Shown here in pieces: positions 11,355-24,051 of a DNA stretch of 64,000 bases. A program made the position numbers and the translations under genes. Within the stretch, counting starts at the first letter, position 1. Every line of letters begins with the position of its first letter. The stretch is taken from contig NC_086104.1 of the NCBI RefSeq assembly GCF_963921235.1, forward strand, positions 3,348,001 to 3,412,000, given 5' to 3'. The stretch comes from Mobula hypostoma (Eukaryota). The notes under the pieces were generated by a model. That model did no database searches and was not told the origin of the DNA. It saw only the letters and a list, made by a program, of their open reading frames with translations.

Positions 11355-13643
11355 CTTTAATTGGTCGGATCAACGCTGTCAAGATGATGATTTTACCTAA
11401 GTTTCTATATTTATTTCAAGCATTGCCTATCTTTATTTCGAAATCCTTTTTTGATAATGTTGATTCAAAAATTTCTTCATATATATGGCAGAATAAAAAT
11501 CCTCGACTAGGTAAAAGATACATAAAAAAGCCCAAAAAGGAGGATGGTTTAGCATTGCTGAACTTTAGGTTTTATTATTGGGCAATTAATATTCGTTACT
11601 TAAAATTTTGGACATGGAATTGGGATACAGTTTCAAGTCTACAATGGGTTAATCTTGAATGTAAATCCATTTCAGAGTTTTCATTAGGTTCTATTTTAGG
11701 GTCTCCACTTCCTTCTGATTTTTCTAAAGTGAACAAACATGGATAACCCAATAGTTAAATATACTCTTCAAATATGGTTTCAGTTTCGAAAATTTTTTGG
11801 ATTGAATCAATTTATTTTAACAAGCCCTATTCTACTTAATTTTCTTTTTCAACCCTCTTTTTTGGATCAAGCCTATCTAGTCTGGAAAAATAAAGGTATA
11901 ATATGTTTTTCTGATTTACTTTTAGATAATTGTTTCATGTCTTTTGAACCACTATCTAATAAATATAATTTACCTAGATCCCATTTCTTTAGATACTTAC
12001 AGATTAGAAACTTTTTAAATACTGTTCTTACTACCTTTCTGATTTCATACTCATTGGATATAATGGAAAGAATTTTAGACTTAAATCCTTTTCAGAAAGG
12101 TTCAATAGCAATTATTTATAATATGATTATGAAAATAAATCCAGATGTATCAAATTCAATCAAGAATGATTGGGAAAGGGAACTTAAGCTTACTTTACCT
12201 ATTGAGAAATGGGAAAAAATTCTTCAATTAGTTAATTCTTCTTCTATACGCGCTAAACACGCGTTGATACTTAAAGTAGTACACAGAGCTCATATAAATT
12301 AGCTCGCTATTACTCTCATATAAATCCTATATGTGACAGATGTCATTCTGAGACAGCTTTGTTAACTCACATGTTTTGGTCATGCCCTTTGCTGAAGAAA
12401 TACTGGGACGATATCTTTGATATATCAACTGTTTTGAATATTGATTTACAACCCCATCCTATTACTGCTATCTTTGGTTTACCAGTGATAGAACAACATC
12501 ATCTGACTCCCTCAGCTTGTCGGATGATTGCTTTTGTTACACTAATGGCTAGAAGATCCATACTACTGAATTGGAAAGAGATTAATCCTCCTCCTACATT
12601 TCAATGGTATTCGCAAACGATGGCTTGTTTAAACTTAGAAAAAATTAGAAGCGTTATTTATGACCCTTCTATTAAATTTGAAGAGATTTGGAGACCATTT
12701 ATTCAGTACTTTCATATGATGTAATTTGACCCTTTCCAATTCTACTTTGTTATTCTATATACGGGGAGAGGAGCGGAGTTAACAACACTAATGGTCTTAT
12801 CTGAGGTATCATAATAACCCATTCTTTTTCTTCTTGTTAGTTTAACATAGAAACATAGAAACATAGAAAATAGGTGCAGGAGTAGGCCATTCGGCCCTTC
12901 GAGCCTGCACCGCCATTTATTATGATCATGGCTGATCATCCAACTCAGAACCCAGCCTTCCCTCCATACCCCCTGACCCCTGTAGCCACAAGGGCCATAT
13001 CTAACTTCCTTTTAAACATAGCTAATGAACTGGCCTCAACAGTTTGCTGTGGCAGAGAATTCCACAGATTCACCACTCTCTGTGTGAAGAAGTTTTTCCT
13101 AACCTCGGTCCTAAAAGGCTTCCCCTCTATCCTCAAACTGTGACCCCTCGTTCTAGACCTCCCCAACATCGGGAACAATCTTCCCGCATCTAGCCTGTCC
13201 AATCCCTTTAGGATCTTATACGTTTCAATCAGATCCCCCCTCAATCTTCTAAATTCCAACGAGTACAAGCCCAGTTCATCCAGTCTTTCTTCATATGAAA
13301 GACCTGCCATCCCAGGAATCAATCTGGTGAACCTTCTTTGTACTCCCTCTATGGCAAAGATGTCTTTCCTCAGATTAGGGGACCAAAACTGCAAGTTTTT
13401 CTTTATTTGGTTTAGATTTTTTCTTTTTTTGGAGGAAATTTTTTCCTCTTTTTTCATGATATTTTTCCCATTTTATCATATATTTCCCTATATTAGAGCA
13501 GTACTTTCTGAGATTTTGGGAGGCTCATGAATTATTTGTCAATTGAGGTTATATTTGTATTTTTTCAATTATGTAATCCCAATTTCTCTGTATCTATTTT
13601 TCTGTAATGTATATGATGCTGAAAATAATAAAAAGATTGAAAA
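11355..13643 (+). mobile_element. 5'-truncated L1/Tx1-clade LINE inserted into Gypsy gag
   Basis: ORF2 C-terminal peptides (ILPKFLYLFQALP, GLALLNFRFYYWA, CDRC...HMFWSCP) and an A-rich tail. 9-bp TSD GAGAAGGTG at 11346-11354 and 13644-13652. Confidence 0.92.
12844..13393 (-). mobile_element. CR1 3' fragment (same young subfamily as 2710-6228) inside the L1 3' UTR
   Basis: Near-identical to 2710-3255, with a (TATGTTTC)n tail and probable AGTTT TSD (12839-12843 / 13394-13398). Confidence 0.92.
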
Positions 13644-15485
13644 GAGAAGGTGGCTGAGAGTCAAAAGTGGCCGAAAGAAAGCTGGTCTTTTTTGTTACAG
13701 AATCTACTCAGGGGTAAGGCTCAACAAGCTGACTCAGCTTTGTCAATTGGAGATGCAGCTAATTACGAGACAGTGAAACAGGCTGTGCTTAAAGCCTATG
13801 AATTCGTTCCAGAAGCCTACAGGCAAAGGTTTAGAAATTTGAGGAAATCTGTGAATCAGACTTATGTGGAATTTGTTTGTGACAAGTTTGTGTGTTTTGA
13901 CCGATGGTGCACATCTAAGAATATGGCTGATGATTTAGACAACTTGAAAGAGTTGGTTTTAATTGAAGAATTTAAAAGATGTGTCCCTGATGACATAAAG
14001 ACATATTTAGATGAAAATGATGCTGCCACTTTGCAGGAGTCTGCTAAATTAGCAGATGAGTATGCTTTAGCCCACGAGGTTAAGTTTACTCCAAGTAAGA
14101 GCTTCCAAAAGAGTAGCAGGGATAACCAGAGTAAACCAGAACTTAAATCTGGGACTAATGACAAAAGTAAGGATGAAGGGAAGCGAGTGAAGGAGAAATA
14201 TTCTGGTCTTACTTGTTACTATTGTAGAAAAGCTGGTCATGTTATGGCTAATTGTTCCATCCTGAAGAAGAAGAAGGAAAAGGAGGCAGTCCTAAATGCT
14301 TGTATTCAGAGTTGTGAAACACCTATAAACCTCCAGGGTTCTGCAAATTCTGATGAGGCTCAGTTAAGTAGTGAGAGGTCTGACCGAGTTAGGAAAGAAT
14401 TTGATCATTTTATGTCAGATGGGTTTGTGACAGTAAAGAAAGGGTCAACCCTGGTACCAGAGAAAATTGTTCAAGATACTGGCTTCTCGGTCACTTATAT
14501 TGGATAGTGTTCTAAAGTTTGGTGATGAGACTGACACTAGTGAGGTAAATCTTATTAAAAGCATTGGGAGTGACGTTGTTCTTGTACCTCTGCACAAAGT
14601 AACTTTACAGTCAGGGTTGCTTTTTGGACCTGTTAAGATAGGACTATGCTCCAGTTTACCGGTGGAAGATGTTACTTTGCTGTTAGGGAATGACCTGGCA
14701 GATGGTAAAGATGCCACTGCAGTGCAGCTGACAACTAAGCCAACCACTGATGACCCACAGATGGATTCTAACATTTACCCCTCCTGCACAGTAACTCAAA
14801 GTATGGCTAAGAAGTCAGTCAATGCAGATAGTTCTGTGCAGCATGATTCTGCTACCCATGACAGCCAAAATCGGGATTCAGGTGGTGACGACCTGTGAGA
14901 GACTTTGTGATGAGAAAGATCAGGAGGAGGGAGTTTATAACAGAACAGAATTGAGACCCTGAGATTGAAGCTTTAAAAGAACAAACTCTCTCAGATGATG
15001 AGATTAAGAAAGTGCCAGTAGGGTATTACATGAAGGATGGAGTATTAATGAGGAAGTGGAGACTACCTGTTGTAGTTGTAGTTCCTAAAGTTTAGAGGAA
15101 CCGAATTTTAACTTCGGCCCACAGTATGCCCTTAGGTGGCCATCTTGGTGTGAATAAAGCTGTAAACAAGATTATGAAAGAATTTTACTGGCCTAATTAG
15201 AGGAAAAATGTTGTGACGTTTTGCAGTGCTTGTCACACTTGTCAAGTTGTGGGTAAACCGAATCAGGTTACTCCAGTGGCCCCACACCAGCCTATACCTG
15301 CATTCGGTGAACCTTTTTCTAAAGTTATTGTGGATTGTGTTGGCCCATTGCTGAAGGCTAAAGCTGGCCATCAGTATTTGATAGCTATCATGTGTACTGC
15401 ATCCAGATTCCCGGAAGCCATACCTCTCAGAAATTTCAAAGCTGAAACTGTGTCAAGCGCTCTCATCAAATGTTTTACTAATTTT

Positions 15486-17855
15486 ACATAGAACCATAGA
15501 AACTACAGCACAGAAAGAGGCCTCTTGGCCCTTCTTGGCTGTGCTGAACCATTTTCTGCCTAGTCCCACTGACCTGCACACTGACCATATCCCTCCATAC
15601 ATCTCCCATCCATGTATCTGTCCAATTTATTCTTAAATGTTAAAAAAGAACCCGCATTTACCACCTCATCTGGCAGCTCATTCCATGCCCCCACCACTCT
15701 CTGTGTGAAGAAGCCCTCCCTAATGTTCTCTTTAAACTTTTCTCCCCTCACCCTTAACCCATGTCCTCTGGTTTTTTTCTCCCCTTGCCTCAGTGGAAAA
15801 AGCCTGCTTGCATTCACTCTATCTATACCCATCATAATTTGATATACCGCTATCAAATCTCCCCTCATTCTTCTATGCTCCAGGGAATAAAGTCCTAACC
15901 TATTCAACCTTTCTCTGTAACTGAGTTTCTCAAGTCCCGGCAACAACCTTGTAAACCTTCTCTGGACTCTTTCAACCTTATTTATATCCTTCCTGTAATT
16001 TGGTGACCAAAACTGAACACAATACTCCAGATTCGGCCTCACCAATGCCTTATACAACCTCATCATAACATTCCAGCTCTTATACTCAATACTTTGATTA
16101 ATAAAGGCCAATGTACCAAAAGCTCTCTTTCCGACCCTATCTACCTCTGGTGCCACTTTTAGGGAATTTTGTATCTGTATTCCCAGATCCCTCTGTTCCA
16201 CTGCACTCCTCAGTTCCTTACCATTAACCCTGTATGTTCTACGTTGGTTTGTCCTTCCAACGTGCAATACCTCACACTTGTCTGTATTAAACTCCATCTG
16301 CCATTTTTCAGCCCATTTTTCCAGCTGGTCCAAGTCCCTTTGCAGGCTCCGAAAACCTTCTTCACTGTCTACTATACCTCCAATCTTTGTATCACCAGCA
16401 AATTTGCTGATCCAATTTACTACATTATCATCCAGATCATTGATATAGATGACAAATAAGAATGGACCCAGCACTGATCCCTGTGGCACACCACTAGTCA
16501 CAGGCCTCCACTCGGAGAAGCAATTCTCTACTACCATTCTTTGGCTTCTTCCATTGAGCCAATGTCTAATCCAATTTACCACCTCTCCATGTATACCTAG
16601 TGACTGAATTTTCCTAACTAACCTCCCATGCGGGACCTTGTCCAAGGCCTTACTGAAGTCCATGTAGACGATATCCACTGCCTTCCCTTCATCCACTTTC
16701 CTGGTAACCTCCTCGAAAAACTCCAATAGATTGGGCAAACATGACCTACCACGCACAAAGCCATGTTGACTCTTCCTAATAAGTCCCTGTCTATCGAAAT
16801 GCTTGTGGATTCTGTCTCTTAGTGCTCCCTCCAATAACTTACCTACTACCGACGTTAAATTTACCGGCCTATAATTTCCCGGATTACTTTTCGATCCTTT
16901 TTTAAACAATGGAACAACATCAGCTGCTCTCCAATCCTCCGGCACCTCACCTGTAGACAGCGACATTTTAAATATTTCTGTCAGGGCTCCTGCAATTTCA
17001 ACACTAGTCTCCTTCAAGGTCCGAGGGAACACCCTGTCAGGTCCCAGGGATTTATCCACTTTAATTTTCCTCAAGACAGCAAGGACCTCCTCCTTTTCAA
17101 TCTGTACACTTTCCATGATCTCACTACTTGTTTCCCTTAATTCCATAGACTTCATGCCATTTTCCTTAGTTAATACAGGCGCAAAAATCCTATTTAAGAT
17201 CTCCCCCATTTCCTTTGGTTCCGCACATAGCCGACCACTCTGATCTTCAAGAGGACCAATTTTATCCCTTACAATCCTTTTGCTCTTAATATACCCGTAA
17301 AAACTCTTTGGATTATCCTTCACATTGACTGCCAAGGCAACCTCATGTCTTCTTTTAGCTCTCTTGATTTCTTTCTTAAGTATTTTCTTGCACTTCTTGT
17401 ACTTCTCAAGCACCTTATTTACTCCCTATTTCCTATACATGTCATACAACTCCCCCTTCTTCTTTATTAGAGCTGCAATATCCCTTGAGAACCAAGGTTC
17501 CTTATTCCTATTCACTTTGCCTTTAATCCTGACAGGAACATACAAACTCTGCACTCTCAAAATTTCTCCTTTGAAGGCTTCCCACCTACTGATCACATCC
17601 TTGCCAGAGAACAACCTGTCCCAATCGACGCTTTTTAGATCCTTTCTCATTTCCTCAAATTTGGCCTTCTTCCAGTTCAGAACCTCAACCCTAGGACCAG
17701 ATCTATCCTTGTCCATGATCAAGTTGAAACTAATGGTGTTATGATCACTGGAACCAAAGTGCTCCCTTACACAAACTTCTGTCACTGATTGGGAGTCCCA
17801 ATCAATATATGGAATATTAAAATCCCCTACCACCACAACTTTATGTTTCCTGCAG
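15486..17855 (-). mobile_element. Young CR1 with uninterrupted 617-aa ORF2 (RT and C-terminus) inserted in the Gypsy integrase core
   Basis: ORF 15560-17413 (QHGFVRGRSC, YMDFSKALDKV, PQGSVLGP, FAGD). The EN part 17426-17836 has an internal deletion. The host integrase lacks the GLPxxIQSDQG segment at the junction. Confidence 0.95.
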
Positions 17856-18368
17856 GATTATTTCAGCAGGTATTTTGTGAACTGGGAGAGGAGTAAATTA
17901 CATCATCTGCATACTATCTGGAACTACAAGGGGCTTTAGAAAGATTTCATTCTACCCTCAAAACAATGATTAAGACATACTGTTTTGAAAAGGAAAAAGA
18001 CTGGGATGAAGGTGTCCATTTGCTTTTGTTCGCAGCAAGAGAATCGGTACAGGAATCACTGGGCTTTAGCCCCTTTCAACTGGTATTTCGTTATAGAGTA
18101 AGGGGACCTTTGACCTTGTTAAAGGAACAGTGGATAGATGGGGATGTACATGTTAACTTGTTAGACTATGTTTTGAAGTTCAAAAATAAACTACGCTAAG
18201 CCTGTAGTATAGCGAGACAAAACTTAAAGAATTCTCAAAAGAAAACGAGGCACTGGTTTGATAAAAAAGCCTGTCTGAGAAAATTTCAAGTAGGAGATAA
18301 GGTTTTAACTCTGTTACCTACAAGTTCAGGCGAGATTTTTAGGTCCTTATGTGATTGAATCTCAGGTT

Positions 18369-19283
18369 TCTGAGGGGATCCAGGAGTGCCCCTATTAACT
18401 GTTTGAAGAGAGAGAGAGAGAGAGAGATGAAGATCAATGGTTGGACTGTGACTTTAAGGCATTAGAAGCAACTTTGGATTTCTACTGAGTTGGGTTTGGA
18501 GACAGCACCGAGCATCTCATAAGTTGCTATGGTGACCGAAGGCAGTGTTATTTAATGGACACTCAATGTTATGATTTTTAGCAGGTTGTTGATATTTCTT
18601 CAAGGACTTGTTGCCTGCTTGTGCATTTCCTTTATAGACAAAGGAAGGAGGGACTCTTTGAATGATAGGTGATGCTCAGCCTGGTGAAATACATAGGAGG
18701 TCAGATGATACAGACCTCAGACACATGATCTGGACACTGAATGAGCATTGTTGTGCCCGCAGAGAAAGTGGGTTTTGGAGCACTGATCAGGCGGATCGAT
18801 CCAAAGTGCTATTCCAGTGGTGAAGAAGGGGTTGACTGGTGGGGAGTTGTCTATGTGTCCACCCTTGCTGGGGTGATAGCTCCACCACAGGAAAACCGGT
18901 CCCCCTGGTTAAAGACACAGTCGGTGAGTTGTAAAGGATTTCGGAGGACGACGAGAAGATCGACGGCATCAGCTCACCTGAAGACTCAACTCTCTCTCTC
19001 TCTCCATCACTACTCAACTCAATACCACGAACTGAACTGAACTTTACTCAACATCGTAAGACTGTATCTTTTTACCCCTAGACTTAAAGAAGCTTGGTTT
19101 TTCATACATATATATTTCACACTTACTTTTATATATAATCATTGCTAACCTGTGTGATTTATTTACATTGATATTACTGTATTGTGTAGTTACTAACAAA
19201 TATTAGTAGTTTATAGCAATACTGGACTCCAAAGTGTTTTCTATTTCTGCTGGTTTCTTTATCCCGTCACGGGGTACGTGACA
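18369..19283 (+). mobile_element. Solo LTR (915 bp) inserted in the Gypsy integrase C-terminus
   Basis: 4-bp TSD GGTT at 18365-18368 and 19284-19287. The host frame GPYVIESQ|VNDVNFIIKTPD rejoins across it. Ends GTGACA; homologous to 1-625. Confidence 0.92.
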
Positions 19284-22200
19284 GGTTAATGATGTGAATT
19301 TCATAATAAAAACACCTGATTGTAAACAAAAAACACAGCTTTATCATATCAATATGATGAAGCCTTATTATGAGAAAATGACCTTCGGTGAGACACATCC
19401 AGCAGCTGTGGTGGCTGTTGACAGCCGCAGTGAGACTGAATACACTGGGAATGAAATAAATGACTCGTCTGAGACTGCTCGTAAGCCAAACATGGTCCCA
19501 GCTAGGTTAGTGAACTCGGTTGTTTTACAAAATATTGATAACAAGTTGGCACACCTACAACCAACCACAACAAAGACAACAAATGAAAGAATTAATTTTG
19601 AAGTTTAAAAATTTATTTCCTGATGTTCTGAATCGAACCACAGTCACGTCACATGATGTGGATGTTGGGGATGCCAAACCGATTAAGCAACACCCCTATC
19701 GTATGAATGTGGAAAAATCCAGACCTCAGTGTGAACTCTATTGCTGTTGGTTTGTTTCTAAAACGTTTCAGTTCGTAACAAAATAAATTCCACAGATTTA
19801 CCACCCTCTGACTAAAGTAATTTCTCCACATTTCTGTCCTAAATAGAAACATAGAAAACCTAAAGCACAATACAGGCCCTTTCGCTGACAAAACTGTGCC
19901 GAACATGTTCTTACCTTAGAAATTACCTAGGGTCACCCATAGCCCTCTATTTTTCTGAGCTCCAAATACCTGTCCAGGAGTCTCTTAAAAGACCCGAGAC
20001 ATTTCTTATATCCTGAAGTCGTGCCCTCTTGTCCTAGAATCCCCTACCATGGGAAATAACTTTCCCATATCTAAACATTTCAGGCCTTTTAACATTTGGA
20101 ATGTTTCTATGAGATCCCCCCTCATTCTCCTGAACTCCAGGGAATACAGTCCAAGAGCTGCCAGATGTTCCTCATACGGTAACTCTTTCATTCCTGGAAT
20201 TATTCTCGTGAATCTTCTCTGAACCCTCTCCAATATCAGCATATCCTTTCCAAAAAAAAGGAGCCCAAAACTGCACACAGTACTCCAAGTGTGGTCCCAT
20301 AAGTAGCTTATAGAGCCTCAGCATCACATCTCTGCTCTTGCATTCTATACAGTATCTCTAAAAGTGAATGCCAACATTGCATTCGCTTTCTTCGCCATAG
20401 ACTCAACCTGGAGGTTAATAACCTTCAGGGTATCCTGCACAAGGACTCCAAAGTCCCTTTGCATCTCTGCATTTGGAATTCTCTCTCCATCTAAATAATA
20501 GTCTGCCTGTTTATTTCTTCCATCAAAGTGCATGACCGTACACTTTCCAACATTGTATTTCATTTACCACTTCTTTACCCATTTCGATAAACTATCTAAG
20601 TCTCTCTGTAGGCTCTCTGTTTCCTCAAAACTACCCGCTCCTCCGTCTATCTTTGTATAATTGACAAATTTAGCCACAAATCCATGAATCCCATAGTCCA
20701 AATCATTGACATGCATCATAAACAGCAGCGGTCCCAACACCGACCCTTGTGGAACTCCTGTGATAACCAGCAGCCAGCCAGAATAGGACCCTTTTATTCC
20801 CACTCTCTGCCTTCTGCCAATCAACCAATGCTCCACCCATACTAGTAACTTCACTGTAATTCCATGGGCTCTTATCTTGCTAAACAGCCTCCTGTGCGGC
20901 ACCTTGTCAAAGGCCTTCTGAAAATCTAAGTACACCACATCCACTGCATCTCCTTTGTCTACCCTGCTTGTAATTTCCTCAAAAAATGCAGTAGGTTAGT
21001 CAGGCAGGATCTTCCTTTCAGAAAACCATGCTGACTTTGGCATATCTTCTCAAGTGCCTCCAGGTACTCCATAATCTCATCCCTAACAATCGATTCCAGC
21101 AACTTTCCAACCACTGATGTCAGGCTAACAGGTCTATAGTTTCCTTTCTCCTGCCTCCCACCCTTCTTAAATAACGGAGTAACATTTGCAATTTTCCAGT
21201 CATCCGGTACAATATCAGAATCTATTGATTCTTGAAAGATCATTGTTAATACTTCCGCAATCTCTCCAGCTACTTCCTTCAGAACCCGAGGGTGCATTCC
21301 ATCAGGTCCAGGACATTTATCCATCCTCAGACCATTAAGCTTCCTGAGCACCTTCTCAGTCGTAATTTTCACTGCACATACTTCACTTCCCTGACACTCT
21401 TGAATGTCTGGTATACTGCAGATGTCTTCCACTGTGAAGACTGATGCAAAATACGCATTCAGTTCCTCTGCCAGCATAATTTTCTATTGGTCCTATATCT
21501 ACACTCAATTCTCTTTTACCCTTTATATACTTAAAAAAGCTTTTAGTATCTTCTTTGATATTAGTCACCAGCTTCCTTTCATAATACATCTTTTTAGTTT
21601 CCTTCTGCAAGTTGTTAAAAGCTTCCCAATCCTCTATCTTCTCACTAGCTTTGGCTTTCTGGTATACCCTCTCTTCCGCTTTTACTTTGGCTCTGACTGC
21701 ACATGTCAGCCACAGTAGTGTCCTTCTTCCCTTTGAAAATTTCTTCTTATTTGAAATATATCTGTCTTGCACTTCCCTCATTTTTCGCTGAAACTCCAGC
21801 CATTGCTTCTCTGCTGTTCTTCCTGCAAATGTCCCTTCCAGTCAACCTCGGCCAGTTCCTCTCTCATGTCATCATAATTTCCTTTATTCCACTGAAATAA
21901 CGACACATTCGAATTTAGTTTCTCCTTCTCAAATTTTAAAGTGAACCTGATCACGTTGAGATCACTGTTCAATAAGGGTTCCTTAACCTTAAGCTCTCTT
22001 ATCAACTCCAGATCATTGCACAACATCCAAACCAGCAGAGATGATCCCCTAGTGGGCTCAACAACAAGCTGTTCTAAAAAGGAATCACTTAGACATTCTA
22101 CAAATTCTCTCTCTGGCGGTCCAGTATTGGCCTGGTTTTTCCAATCCACTTTCATGTTAAAATCCCCAACGATTATCATGACATTGCCTTTCTGACACGC

Positions 22201-22356
22201 CTTTTCTATCTCCTGCTGTAATTTGTAATCCACATCCCGGCTGCTGTTTGCAGGCCTGAATAAAATTGCCATTAGGGTCCTTTTACCCTTGCTATTTCTT
22301 AACTCAACCCGTAGAGACTCTACACCTTCCGATCCCATGTCATCCCTTTCTAATGA

Positions 22357-22560
22357 AAGAAGAGAGAGAAATTGCCTTTAAACTCAAGACAGTTTGCTGT
22401 TGATGTTTCTGTAGCAGGCAATTTCTTTTTTACGAGTCCGAGTTGCTAGTTTGACGCTCAACCCAGCACGAATGGAAAGCGTGCACGGGAGCCGGCTGGA
22501 TTCGAACTCGGGACCTTCTGCCCCAAAGTCCTGTGCAGATGCCACTGCGCCACTAGCCCA
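22357..22560 (-). mobile_element. tRNA-derived SINE (204 bp) with an RTE-like body and a 16-bp TSD
   Basis: A box TGGCGCAGTGG and B box GTTCGAATCC on the minus strand, followed by GGGTTGAGCGTCAAACTAGCAACTCGGACTCGTAAAA and a (TC)-rich tail. TSD CATCCCTTTCTAATGA at 22341-22356 and 22561-22576. Confidence 0.9.
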
Positions 22561-23759
22561 CATCCCTTTCTAATGATTTAATATTATTTCTTATACTCAA
22601 GGCCACATCACTCCCTCTGCCTACTAACATCTTTCCGATACACCATATATCCTTGGACATTCACTCCTAATGATAGCCATCCTTTAGCCAAGTTTCAAAG
22701 ATTACCACAGCGTCATATTTGCCAATCTGTAGCTGAATTTCAAGATCATCCGTTTTATTTCTTCTGCTGCGTGCATTCAAATTAACACTTCCAGTCCTGT
22801 ATTTGTTGCTTGCTGTTGTAAATCGTCCCACTGGCTGTGATTATGCCTCATCTCCTGCCTGTCCTTCCTATCATCTCTGTTGCACACTACCTTTGATTTA
22901 TTTCTATTTTCCCCTTCCTCAGCCCTATCACACAGGTTCCCACTCTTTGCCAAATTAGTCTAAACCCTCCCTAACAGCTCTATGAAACTGCATGCTGAGA
23001 TATTGGACCCCTTTGGGTTCAGGTGCAACCCATCCTTTTCACACAGGTCATACCTCCCCCAAACAAGGCCCCAATGATCCAGGAACACAAAGCCCTTCCC
23101 CCTACTCCACTCCCTCAGCCATGTATTAATATGCTATTCTTGCACTCTCTAGCATGTGGCACAGGCAGATATCCTGAGATTACTACTCTGGAGGTCCGGC
23201 TTTTCAGCTTCCTACCCTGAATTTTCTCTTCAGGACCTCCTCCCTTCTTCTACCTATGTCATTGGTACCGATGTGTACCAAGGCTTCTGGCTAGTCACCC
23301 TCTCCCCTCAGAATACTCCACACCCAATCCCGTGCCCTGGCATCTGGGAGGCTACACACCGTGCAGGTATCTCTATCAGGCTGACAGAACCTCCTGTCTG
23401 TTCCACTCACTGTTGAATTCCCTATGACTACCGCATTCCTCATCTTCCTCTTTCCCTTCTGCACCATGGAGCCAGGCTCAGTGCAGAGACCCGATTATCG
23501 TTGTTGTCTTCATTCAGGTCACCACATTCCGCTCAAAAGCATCCAAAATGAGATAACGATTACTGAGGGGGATGGCCACAGGGGTGCTCTCTACTATCTG
23601 AGCTCTTCCCTTCCCTTCCCTGACAGCCACTCTTCAACTTCAGACAGAATCACTCAACTTCAGTCACACCTTAACCTCAGGCAGAACCACTTTTACAGTG
23701 GCCTTTCTGTTTGAGCCTGCCTTCCTTCCTTCCCTGCAAAACAAGTTTTAAGCTCTGCT

Positions 23760-23999
23760 CGGTTCTTTCCTCTGTGGCAAAAACAGTTGGGTAATAAAAG
23801 CAACCTTTCTCGGAAATAAGTCACTCGGACTGTGAAGTCTTATACCATAGGAAAGGCGAGTAAGAGGAACTACACCCTCTCTGCTTCCTCTTTCTGTGCC
23901 GAAAATTACTACTGCAAGAAGCAAGTCCAGAGAGCTGAGCACATTGTTACAATAACTTTCTGTACGTCCTGAAAACAGGGTAAACCCAACTCTGTTGAG
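23760..23999 (+). promoter_or_regulatory. Putative leukocyte-type, apparently TATA-less promoter of the VJ-VJ gene
   Basis: Unique sequence directly upstream of the ATG with GAS TTCTCGGAA (23807-23815) and PU boxes GAGGAA (23864-23869; rc at 23767-23772). AAAGAGGAAG occurs on the minus strand at 23884-23893. Confidence 0.55.
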
Positions 24000-24051
24000 A
24001 TGAGAAACAAAAGCCTTCCTGCAGTGATTATTTTCCTGTGTGTATCTGTGG
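24000..24051 (+). CDS. Exon 1: signal peptide (MRNKSLPAVIIFLCVSV-G) of a non-rearranging V-set Ig superfamily receptor
   Basis: ATG with a purine at -3, basic N-region and hydrophobic core. Strong phase-1 donor G|GTAAGT; joins the 34321 exon in frame to give ...VSVGVNA/GTVLIQSP. Confidence 0.82.

Larger units (their letters stand above)
9946..19780 (+). mobile_element. Gmr1-like Ty3/Gypsy LTR retrotransposon (gag-PR-IN-RT order), internally deleted and multiply interrupted
   Basis: 5' LTR 9946-10736, then PBS and gag (10848-11354, 13644-14500) with a SCAN-like capsid C-terminus and CYYCRKAGHVMANC knuckle. A protease-like DTG lies near 14477. Integrase HHCC (HSMPLGGH...CSACHTC) and core (VDCVGPL, LERFHSTLK) precede the RT start (FPDV...DAKPIKQHPYRMN, 19600-19712), which is joined to the last ~65 bp of the LTR. 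Confidence 0.92.
9810..23600 (-). mobile_element. Decayed near-full-length CR1 (pieces 9810-9945 and about 19785-23600) hosting the Gypsy nest and a SINE
   Basis: The 3' UTR is split at ...cttgtggcgac | aaattccacagatttacc... RT, EN and ORF1 peptides appear in ORFs 20006-22338 and around 23020-23300. Confidence 0.85.

Noticed and set aside
22480-22560. tRNA gene
   Set aside because: It has A and B boxes but continues into a SINE body and tail and is flanked by a 16-bp TSD. It is a SINE head, not a tRNA gene.
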